A program made the translations under genes and the position numbers. From assembly GCA_951406725.2 (NCBI GenBank), contig OX597820.1, positions 105,462,001-105,526,000 of the forward strand: DNA of 64,000 nucleotides, read 5' to 3'. The DNA comes from Octopus vulgaris. Its lineage: Eukaryota. Under the pieces are notes generated by a model that was not told the DNA's origin, did no database searches, and saw nothing but the letters and a program-made list of their open reading frames with translations. Positions 39,721 through 50,967 of this stretch are shown here, piece after piece. The number at the start of each line of letters is the position of its first letter. Positions within the stretch are counted from its first letter, which is position 1.

Positions 39721-40101
39721 TTTCTAAAAATACTTGCAATGATTGATTTAATAAGCAGTGCTGTACTTTTGACAGTTCTGTAAATAATAATAATAATAAT
39801 AATATTTTTATAAGGTTAAAGCTTATAAGCAATCACTGTGTATTGACTAAAGAAAATTGTCTAATATTAGGCCATATAAGATCTCAATGGAAAAAGTTAG
39901 TTTTTCGTAGTACACTTGTCGTGAAAACACAGAAGTCTGAGTTCAAGTCCCACACGTACTGGAAACACACTTTTGTCTGTCGAGGGCTTATACACCCCGA
40001 TCTTAAGCTATTTTCTTTATTCAATACATGGTGATCACTTATAAGCTTTAAACTTATAAAATTATTATTATTATCATTTACAGAACTTTTTAAAAATACT
40101 T
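39721..40101. mobile_element. Fold-back element with tail and ~11-15-bp TSD
   Basis: Arms 39774-39857 and 40010-40087; taaaaatactt at 39725-39735 and 40091-40101; B-box-like GAGTTCAAGTCC in the centre. Confidence 0.7.
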
Positions 40102-40672
40102 AAATAACAATGGTTCCTCTCGTTGACACAAGGCTGTAAATTGATACCAGGATATGACTGGTATCTAATTTATGGATTGTGAAGTGAGTGAAAATTAATT
40201 TTAAACTTAGAATGTAGAGCAATGAGATTAAAAACTTTTTAAGGGTTAGAAGTAGCTGTGTGAGAATTTTGCATCCCAATCATGTGGTTTGGGGCTTAGT
40301 TCCATTGTGTGGAAGCTTGGGCAATTGTCATCTACTATTTTCCTGGGCCAAACAAAGTCATGTGAGTTGATTTGGCAGATGGAAACTGAAAGAAGCCTGC
40401 TGTGTGTATGTATATATATATATATATACACACATACATGAATGCGCGCATGTTTGTGTGTATGCATATGCATATGTGTATCTGTGTCTTCTTATCTTGA
40501 CATTGTACTGTAGTTGTCAATGAGTGGGTCTGTTTGTCTTCAATCTTCTGTGAAAACATCTTCAACTATGGGAAAATATTATCTTGCTTGGAAACTGGTG
40601 AAGGTTAGCAACAGAAAATCTGCTTCAATGACCCATGCTAGCATGGAAAAGTGGATGCAGCAGCAGCAATAA

Positions 40673-40881
40673 TTCTACTATAGACACAAGGCCTGAAATT
40701 TTATGGGAGGGGTGAAGTCAATTACATCAACCCCAGTATGCAACTAGTACTTAATTTATCAACCCTGAAAAGATGAAAGGCGAAGTTGACCATGGCAGAA
40801 TTTGAACTCAGAATGTAAAGACAGGCAAAATGCCGCTTAGCATTTTGCCCGGCATGCTAACAATTCTACCAGCTCACCACC

Positions 40882-40940
<59 letters not shown>

Positions 40941-41601
40941 CCTTTCTACTGAAGGCACAAGGCCTGAAAATTTGAGGGAGGAGTTAAGTCGATTATATCA
41001 ACTCCAGTACTGAACTGGTACTTGATTTGTCAACCCCAAAAGGATGAAAGGCAAAGTTAACCTTGGTGGAATTTGAACTCAGAATGAAGTGACAGATGAA
41101 ATGCTGCTAAGCATTTCACCTGGCAGGCTAACGAGTCTACCAGCTTGCCACCTTAGATAATAATAATACTCCTTCTTACTGGAAGAACAAGGCCTCAAAT
41201 TTGGGGGAAGGGATTAAGTCAATTACATCAACCTCAGGGTGTAACAGGTACTAATTTTGCTGACCCCAAAAGGATGAAAGGCAAAGTCGACCTTGGCGGA
41301 ATTTGAACTCAGAATATAATGGCAGACGAAATACTGCTAAGCATTTCACCAAGTGTGCTTACGATTCTGCCAGCTCACTACCCTTTTATAATAATAATAA
41401 TGGTTTTAAAATTTTGCCACAAGGGCAGCAATTTGGGGGTAGGGGATGAGTCAATTACATTGATCCCAAAAGGATGAAAGGTAAAGTCAGCTTAGGTAGA
41501 ATTTGAACTCAGAATGTAGTGATGGGTGAAATACTGCTAAGTATTTTGTCCAGTGTGCTAACAATTCTGCCAGCTCACTGCCTTCATAATAATAATAATA
41601 A
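40673..41601 (-). mobile_element. Tandem array of four family-B SINE copies separated by (AAT)n
   Basis: Four diverged units of ~180-210 bp, each ...gatgaaagg...aatttgaactcagaa...ccagctc..cc. Confidence 0.88.
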
Positions 41602-43075
41602 TACAGAAAGTTTGTCACTTAGGGACAGTAAGGATTATCAGGAGGGTTCTAAGCACTTGAAAGACTGCTGAAAATGTGTGGATATACCAAAGGTTACAGG
41701 TAACTTGCTACCCACACAAATCTTACCAGGAATAAGACCAAACCTGAGCTTTGTTATTGTTGTTGTTATTGTTGTTGTTGTTGTTATTATTATTATTATT
41801 ATTATGAGGAGGAGGAGGAGGGGTCATTCTATAGTTCTGCCAGTCTGCTATTTTAAAATAATGATCTCAAAAGGCCAGAGGTGTGGGGAGACAAAAATCA
41901 TAGATTAAATTTACTTGCTACTTATGTCTTCAAGCCATAAATCATGAATGGCAAAACTGAACCTGGCATGATTTGCACTCAGAGCATAAAGAAACACAGC
42001 TAAATAGCATAAGGCATTTATTCTATCACTATTCTTGATTTGGCCCTTATAATAAATATTAAGTTTATTTAGTGTCACATTTAATATACCAAGTTTGTTT
42101 TATAATCACTAGGGCCAAAAAAGCCTCACTTCAATAATATATTATCTTATATTATATTATTTTGTACTATATTATATTATATTTTATTATATTACATGCA
42201 CCCAACTATACATTTAAATATACTCTTCAATAAAAAAAAACTTCATTGAAATGGCTCTGAAGAAGCTATATGATGTCATGCTGACACTCAACCTATAACT
42301 GCAACAGCTGTAAGCTAATGAGCGTAATTACATAACTCCTGTTCTTTAGTCATTCCCTCTCTCTCTTTCGGAGAGGCACTGAGCAGCTATACGCACACAT
42401 TCACACACGGCAGTAACTTCCACCTACCGAATTCAATCACAAAGCTCCGGTCGGCTTGGGGCTATAGTGGAAGACACCTACCCAAAGTGCCACGCAGTGG
42501 GACTGAACCCGAAACCATGTAGCTAGGAAGCAAGCTCCCTAACCACACAGCCATATTTATTAATATTATGCTCTATACTGATTTTCTAGTTCATACAAAA
42601 GTTTTGAGTGGAGATCATCAGACAATTCACACCTTTTCACTGTCAGGTCTTATTAATAATGTAAACTAGGTTCTAACAAATGGTTACAAGTGCCACTCTG
42701 GCTAAGTGAAACCATAATACCCTGTAAAGGCACAACATTTTAATGTGCCCTGTAAAGACAAAATAATGGTTTCACTTAGCTATATATATATTTATATATC
42801 AAACAAGCAAGCCCCTAGTAGATTCAGGCTTTCTTTGATAGATATTTGTAAGAAAATTTGAAGTAAACATTGCAAAGACAACAAAGTGGTCAGTTATACA
42901 GTTTCAAAAGGTAGTTCAACAGAAGAAATACTTGAAAATAGAACTAAATGTTTAACAAAATAGTTTCATATTTCTACATTCTTTTGAATTAAAATTCCAT
43001 TACCAGTGAATCTGTGTTTCAATTCTCTGAGGTCAATAAAATGTAAATCAGCCATTTACTAGAGTAAATATATTG

Positions 43076-43588
43076 GCAGAATTCTAGCTTAAGCACCTCA
43101 TATAACTCTCATAGCACTTTTTATTTTTTGGAATTTTCAGAAAAGTTTTGCCAATGTGTGATCTGTACATGGGAATTCAAACATTATGTAAAAAAAATTT
43201 CTTTTCTATAATTTTTAATGCACTCTACCTTCCCCCATAAATTTTAAAACTTTCACTCTTATTCTAATTTTTTAAAATCAGAGTTTAAAACACAGGTAGT
43301 TTGAATTTTTGGATGCATCAAAATTCCATTAAATCTGTTTATGGGGAGAAAAATATTGAAAAACATCAATACATGTCAGAGTGACAAAGAAATAAGGAAG
43401 ATATCAGGTGGTCGTGAGATGTGCTAAAAACAACAGCTAAAAAAACCTTAAATCACACACAGAAAATTTTTATGATAATTGTATGAATTCCCATGTGCAG
43501 AACACAATTTTGTAAAAATTTTCTCAAAATTCCTAAAAATAAAAAAGTCATTAGGGATTATATGGGGTATTTAAACCAGAATTCTGCG
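43076..43588. mobile_element. MITE with ~125-bp TIRs (truncated copy at 25881-26266)
   Basis: gcagaattctagcttaagcacctcatataa... pairs with ...ttatatggggtatttaaaccagaattctgc. Confidence 0.8.
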
Positions 43589-43615
43589 TATATATTTTAA
43601 GTGAAATAACAGTAT

Positions 43616-44020
43616 AAGTGCAAGCATAGCTGTATGGTAAGAAGCATGCTTCCCAACCACATGGTTTTGGGTTCAGTCCCACCATGTGGCACCTTGGGTA
43701 AAGTGTCTGCTACAACCTTGGGCTGATTTAAGCCTTGTGAGTGGATTTTGTAGACAGAAACTGAAAGAAACCTGTTGTATATACATATGTATATATTTAT
43801 GTGTGTGTCATTGTGTCTGTGTTTATCCCCCACCACAGTTTGACAACCAGTGTTGGCTGGTTTACATCCACCTCACTTCGCAGTTTGGTATAAGAGCTTA
43901 GTAGGATACAAGTAGGTTTTAAAAAAAAGTACAGAGGTTGATTTGTTCAACTAAAACCTTTCAAGGCAGTGACCCAGCATGGCTGCAGTCCAATGATTGA
44001 AACAAGTAAGAGATAAAAGA
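43616..44020 (+). mobile_element. Family-A SINE copy, plus orientation
   Basis: Reverse complement of 19-418. Confidence 0.85.
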
Positions 44021-45080
44021 ATAGCTAAATCAATTATAGTGATCCAGCATGCAATGTAATACCAGTAACATGACAACCACCAAGAACTATAAGGCAGGCA
44101 GTCCAGCACCTAACATGCAGCCAGTCCTGACTATAGACAATTAATATAACAAGAAAATTTTAATTTAAAGTTTCAATATTAGCATATATCAATGTTAATT
44201 GAAACCCTAAAATTACAGCATTGAAACAAAATCACCTATTTTCATAATTTTCTAGAAATTACCACTAAAACTTATCACCTATTTAATACTAATTAATTAT
44301 TTCCCAGTTTAGTATAATTAATGTAAATGACTCTGTTGGGTTCATGTTATATGTGAATTTTCTCATAATCAAAATTAAAAACTTACTACATTTTTCAATA
44401 AATAAATATTTCCCACAAGTATACTAACTAGCAGCATGAAATGACTGAATTTTTTAGTGTTCTTTTTTTTTCTGTTTCTTTTTATCTAAATTTGGCTCAT
44501 TTTGAATTCTTATATACTTTGCATGGTACCAAATATTTTCATGTTCTGTCTTATTACAAAATTTTATTTTTACCAACTTATACTTAGTGTTGTGGTGTGT
44601 TAGAGCATATCCCAGTTTTATTATCATCATCACTATCATTTTAATGCCCACTCTTCCATCTTTGCATGGGATGATGGAGTTTAATGAGGCAGGTTTTCTC
44701 TCTAAGGGCAAATGCCTTTTCTGTCACCAACTCACGCCTGTTTACAAATAAGACTATATTTCCCCCTGTTCAGGCATTTTTCACAGAATGCTGGTATGAA
44801 TAACAGATAGTATGACAGCGACACTCATTTACATCTACCATGCAATGTCAAGACAAACACACATACACATAGATACACACACACACACATACACACACTG
44901 TTGAAGTCATAAGAAATTATAAACTTCACAAGAACATTAAATAATTATGTTTTGGAACAGTGCATCTTGAAGCACTTAAAGCTATAAATAATAGTGTGTA
45001 AATATTAGGTTTAAAAAACCCTTTGGTTATTTACACGCTATGATTCATGCTTTGAGATCCACTGTTCCAAAAATGAATAT

Positions 45081-45239
45081 ACAAATATATCACAGAACTG
45101 TTATTCAGAGTTTCATCTTCCCATTCGTAGGACAGTTGTGATGGAGAACTGAATTAAAATTTTAATTCAGTTTTCTATCACAACTATCCTACAAATGGGA
45201 AGATGAAACTCTGAGCAACAGTTCTGTGATAATTTTGCA
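45081..45239. mobile_element. Spacer-less palindromic fold-back with degenerate HHR
   Basis: Centre gaattaaaa|ttttaattc at 45159/45160; ~75-bp arms. Confidence 0.75.
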
Positions 45240-45265
45240 GCTTTAATAAAAAGTATATACATATA

Positions 45266-45676
45266 GGTGCAGGAGTGGCTGTGTGGTAAGTAGCTTGCTT
45301 ACCAACCACATGGTTCCAGGTTCAGTCCCTCTGCATGGTACCTTGGGCAAGTGTGTTCTACTATAGCCTCAGGCTGACCAAAGCCTTGTGAGTAGATTTG
45401 GTAGATGGAAACTGAAAGAAGCCTGTCATATATATGTACATATATATATATGTATGTATGTGTGTGTGTATATATTTGTGTGTCTGTGTTTGTACCTCCC
45501 AACATCACTTTACAACCAATGCTGGTGTGTTTACGTCCCCATAACTTAGTGGTTTGGCAAAAGAGACTGACAGAATAAGTACCAGGCTTACAAAGAATAA
45601 GTCCTGGAGTTGATTTGCTTGGCTAAAGGCAGTGCTCCAGCACGGCCACAGTCAAATGACTAAAACAAGTAAAAGA
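45266..45676 (+). mobile_element. Family-A SINE copy, plus orientation
   Basis: Reverse complement of 19-418. Confidence 0.9.
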
Positions 45677-46516
45677 ATATATATATATATACATAATGAG
45701 CTTCTTTCAGCTTCTATCCACTGAATCTACTTACAAGACTTTAATCAACTTTGAGCTCTAGTAGAAGACACTTGTCCAAGGTGCCACACAGTGAGACTGA
45801 ACCTGAAACCATAAACTGCTCAACCACACAGGCACACCTGAGCCTTTTTGGGGGCATAAATTGATTGCAGGAAACTTAAACTTCTAGGTTTCACATAACT
45901 GTGTCTTCTGCAATGCTGCAAACTAGAAAAATACTTGTCAGTTAAAGAGTACTCAAGGGGGATGAAATTGTAGAATTTCATCACCTTTTAAAGTATTTAG
46001 TTTTGTCACTTTTCATTCTTCTAGAGCTGTAGAAAAATAAGGACCAAGCATACACTAAGGGCAATTCAAGTAACCATATCCTTCCATATAATTTTTAACT
46101 CTTTATGCTTGTATGAGAAATCAATAATTCAATGTCTTCCTATTTACAATAGTAAGCTCTACCTCCACATGGTACCTATTCATAACTAATGTTCTTGTTT
46201 CACTGAGTGCTAGTGTTTTTGCTAGAGAAGGGCTCAGAACGGTACCTGTAGAGATATTAAATTCAGTGCGTTTGTAAATACACACTGAATCTAGTATAAT
46301 CTGCAAATGCACATTATGAAAGGACATATTAGAGTACATAGTCTTCAATGTTCCTAAAAAGATGGCCTGCTCATAGCGGGAACATCTTTAATTACAAGTC
46401 TGTACAATTAGAGTTACACAGTGGTAAAACAACAATAACAACAACACTTAAGTATAAGTATAAGTCAATAACTAAACAGTAAGTAACACTCCTTATGTAA
46501 AGTTCAAGCTACTTAC

Positions 46517-46672
46517 TCAGCCACATGGAAAAGTATAGTACATACATCCATTCGAGAGGAAGAGGCTTCAGGAAGTCAAATAAAGGAAAATTACACATTT
46601 GAGCATCATTGTATTTTTCATCAATAGATGATAAGCCACGCTCCTGAGGTATATCCAGCAGCATAATAAACC
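46517..46672 (-). CDS. GGCX: GGCX coding exon 2 ([21 protein letters not shown]...[26 protein letters not shown])
   Basis: Manual translation gives the DIPQERGL motif and a conserved Cys. Acceptor tttgtgcAG, donor GTAAGT; 156 nt, phase 1/1. Confidence 0.97.
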
Positions 46673-46921
46673 CTGCACAAAAAAAAAAAAAAGATGCACA
46701 TACATATTATTTACATCAGAAGAATTTCAGAAACTTTGAGAAAACATGAAATAATTAATTTTTAATGGTTGAACTCAAAGTACATAAAGCTATAAAATGT
46801 GGGTTCAGCTTTTAACTTTTTCTAGTCAAAGGGGTTTTTAACTGAATATTTACATGCTATTATTTATAGCTTGGTATACTCTGAGCTCAACTGTTAAAAT
46901 TATGAAAATATATATATGCAA

Positions 46922-46956
<35 letters not shown>

Positions 46957-46957
<1 letters not shown>

Positions 46958-47370
46958 CATCATCATTGTTTAAGGTCCGTTTTCCATGCTGGCATGGGTT
47001 GGACGGTTTGACTGAGGAGTGACAAGCCAGGAGGCTGCACCAGGCTCCAATCTTGATCTGGCAAGGTTTCTACAGCTGGATGCCCTTCCTAATGCCAACC
47101 ACTCCAAGAGTGTAGTGGGTGCTTTATATGTGCCACCGGCATGGGAGCCAGTCAGGCAGCACTGGCAACAATGACCCACGTATGAATGGTACTTATTGTG
47201 TGCCACCAGCACGGGAGCCAGTCAGGTGGCACTGGCATCAGCCACAACTACAATTTCCATTTTGATTTCAATTTGATTGGGATTCTGATTCTGATTTTGG
47301 TTTTTGATTTTACTTGACTCAATAGGTCTCCTCAAGCACAGCGTATTGCCTGATGATTCAAAGGTACTTA
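46957..47370 (-). mobile_element. 3' UTR/tail of RTE LINE
   Basis: Reverse complement of the ~2860-3360 type sequence. Confidence 0.8.
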
Positions 47371-47504
47371 TATATATATATGCTGTTAGGAAGGGCATCC
47401 AGCTGTAGAAACTCTACTAGATCAGATTGGAGTCTGGTGCAGCCATCTGGTTCGCCAACCCATGCTAGCATGGAAAGCAGACGTTAAACGATGATGATGA
47501 TATA

Positions 47505-47558
<54 letters not shown>

Positions 47559-48436
47559 CACACATACATATATACATATATATATATACTTATATATAAG
47601 AGAGTTTGTATGTATGTGTCTGCGTATGTTCCTTATGCATTCAAAAACTGAGTTGCCAATTTTGATGTATGGGGTATCAAAAGATTTAGTAATCTTTTGA
47701 CTGCCAAATAAACTTTATTTTCATTTACATATCTGCATTACAAAAATTTAACATTATAATTTTTCTTTTAGCCACCTATCATAAATAACATTTTATACCA
47801 CCACCATAATGATGACGACATCACATTTTCTATATGAAGGTGTTGCTACATTTGTCACGTACGTTACGCTGATGACTGAGAAGTATATGTGTGTGATGGT
47901 GCATGTGTCTGTCAGTAAACATACATTTTTGTGACAATTGACACACATACACACACAAACACATCTAAAGACAGAGACAGACACACAGAGGGACAGAGAT
48001 AAGCATGAGGTGTGCATGAATGTATGTCTCTGTGTGTCTGCATTAGTATATGTATGTGATTGTACCAGCCAACAGTGAAACACACCAACTTTGAAAGAGT
48101 TTAGTTTAGTTGCAGCCTCAGACGTTGAACAAAAAACTTTGAAGCATGGCACAAGTGTGCAAGAGAGAAGATTGTACTGGACTGGCTCCTGTGCCAGTGG
48201 CACATAAAAAGCACCACTTGAGCGTGGACGTTGCCAGTACTGCCTGACAGGCCCTTGTGCCAGTGGCACATAAAAGCATTCACTACACTCTCAGAGTGGT
48301 TAACGTTAGGAAGGGCATCCAGCTGTAGAAACTCTACCAGATCAAATTGGAGCCTGGTGCAGCCATATGGTTCGCCAGTCCTCAGTCAAATCGTCCAAAC
48401 CATGCTAGCAACGGATGTTAAACAATGATGATGATG

Positions 48437-48480
<44 letters not shown>

Positions 48481-48486
<6 letters not shown>

Positions 48487-49077
48487 AATAAAATTAAAAA
48501 CAGAACACCAAGGATCGTGGTACATGTGTTTCAAGCTTTATAAACAATCCATTCTTACATCAGTGTATAATTGATATAAAACATGGTTTAAAGCTCTTTT
48601 CAGCCGCAAACATTGTTATTCCAAAGAGTTACATCACACTATTAAAAATATGAAAAGTACATGTAGTATTATCCATTATAATAGGTATATCATATCTCCC
48701 TGAGAAAGTGTAACTGTATAAATGTATAAAGATTCATTGGATTTCAAAAGTCTGCCAATACTGTATCACCAGTCAACATAGAGTGGTGATACAGTATGGG
48801 CAGACTTTTGAAATCCAATGAATCTTCATACATTTATACAGTTACACTTTCTCAGGGAGATATGATATACCTATTATAATGGATAATACTACATGTACTT
48901 TTCATATTTTTTATAGTGTGATCTAACTCTTTGGAATAACAATGTTTGCGGCTGAAGAGAGCTTTAAACCATCTTTTATATCTATTATACACTGATGTAA
49001 GAACAGGTCGTTTATAAAGCTTGAAACAGGTATACCGCGATATCCTTTGTGTTCTGTTTTTGGTTTTATTTAATATA
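48481..49077. mobile_element. Long fold-back PLE-like element (~290-bp arms) with HHR
   Basis: Arms 48481-48771 and 48784-49077. HHRs at 48948-49038 (+) and 48517-48607 (-). (TA)n on the left, and again after a one-sided tail on the right. Confidence 0.85.
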
Positions 49078-49162
49078 TTCTCTCTCACCTCTGCCACTAT
49101 CTGGCATATACAGGTGCTTACACTTATCAAGTATTCATCCTAAATTTACAGTACCTACTATA

Positions 49163-49196
<34 letters not shown>

Positions 49197-50789
49197 GGGA
49201 AAATTCATTAAAAAAACAAAAGATGAAGACAGGTAGTATTAGTTTAACACTCGGGAAGTGAAAAAGTCTTTAACATTTCGAACCTATGCTCTTCCATAGA
49301 AAGGAACACAGAAGGAAACAAGGAGAGAAACAAGACCCCCATAACTTATTTTAAGTTTGATACTAATTCTATAGGTCCCCTTTGGAGAACTGTTAAGTTA
49401 CAAGGATGTAAACAAGTACACACACACACACACACATCATTTACTTGTTTTATGTCTTTTTTTTCTATGGTAACATAGATTAGCTGAGTATGTTATTGAG
49501 GCATTGTTTTACAGCCAGATGACCTTGTCCCTAATCCTTGCCTGTTTTTCAAATAAGGGTTCTGTTATTTCATGTCTTTGAAGGCACAAAGTGAGCATAT
49601 GATTTGCTGATGGGAGAAGCGTTAGTAACCACACCATTTGTAATTCTCAACTTTTGTAGAGCTCAAATCTAAAGAAACACAGACATATCCACATGTGCAC
49701 ATATGCACACACATGCACACACACGTGCACACACACACACACACACACATACAACTGCTACCATTGTTATCATTATCATCCTTATCATTTTACATCCATG
49801 TTCCATGCTAGCATGGGTTGGATATTTGACAAGACCTGGTGCATCCAAGAATTGCATTAGTGTGATTTCTGCAGCTGGATGTAATTCTTAATGCCATCCA
49901 CTTTACAGCATGTACTGAGTGCTGTTTTCCATGGCACCAGCACTAATGAGTTTACCATGCAGCTTGCGAGACTAAGATCTTCTAATCCCATTTAACATGA
50001 GACTGCAGTAAAGAGAGACACAGCTTAATGCTTTGAGATGAGAGGTTAAAGTATGAGAGAAAGGGTAAGAAAAGAGCAGGTTTCTTGCTATAGAAGAGCT
50101 ACATGGCTACTCAAATTATAGAAGAGAGGATGGGAGTAACTGAAGTGGAGCGGGAAAGAGGTAAAATAGAAGTAATGAGATGTCAGGTTGATCTTCAAGG
50201 TAATTAGAAGTGAGTGGAGACAAGTGAACAGGTAGTGTGAGTGCGGAGAGGTTGCAAGAGTTTATGGGAGAGTGAGAGATTGTTAGAGATGGGGAATAGT
50301 TGAGAAGGTGAATATAATGAAGAACAAGAGTTGAGGGATGACAAGTAGGGAAGGCAGAGAAGAGTATGTAGTAACAATTGTAGAAACTGGTTAGAGTTAA
50401 GGGGTGGGAATTAACCAATGATACATATGAGTTAGAGGAGGTGGGAGAGTGTAGAAAATGACTGACAGTTCATAAAAAGGGGGGGGGTAAAGAACAGCAG
50501 AATAGTAATAATGGTACAGTGAACAAGGGAAAGATGAGAGAAGATAAAAGAAAAAGAGAGAGTGGGAGAGATAGTATGTGTTTGAGAGTGATCAATGTAA
50601 AAAGTGAGTGGAGAGAATAATATTAAGAATGAAAGATGGCTAACAAATGAAATCACTAAGGCTTTGGTTGGCTTGGGACTATAGTCAAAGGCATTTGCCC
50701 AAGGTACAGCACTGTGGGACTAAAGACACTTTAACTCTCATATTAATATATTTAAAGACCCCATTGTAAAATAAGTTAGCCAAACTTAC

Positions 50790-50967
50790 CAAAAAGAAGT
50801 CGTATCATTCCAAGTAATGCAGGATCAGTTGGTCGATTCAACAAATTGACAAATTGTGAAGGACTTGAAAAGTCTGAAAACTTAAAGCCAAGTGATTTCT
50901 CAAACTTCTTCATTTTTGACATTTCTGATGGTAAGCTTTCTTTAGATGTGGATGAAGGAGCAACCAT
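50790..50967 (-). CDS. GGCX: GGCX coding exon 1 (MVAPSS...NLLNRPTDPALLGMIRLLFG)
   Basis: ATG at 50967. Peptide LLNRPTDPA..RLLFG matches the GGCX N-terminus. Donor GTAAG at 50789 (phase 1). A polypyrimidine tract and AG at 50980-50979 imply a further upstream exon. Confidence 0.93.

Noticed and set aside
40673-41601. CRISPR-like array
   Set aside because: Units are ~200-bp diverged SINEs with microsatellite linkers, in a eukaryotic context with no cas genes.
50040-50660. Purine-rich tracts (also 62160-62830) as coding sequence
   Set aside because: Low-complexity GA-rich decay of microsatellites, with no splice or motif support.
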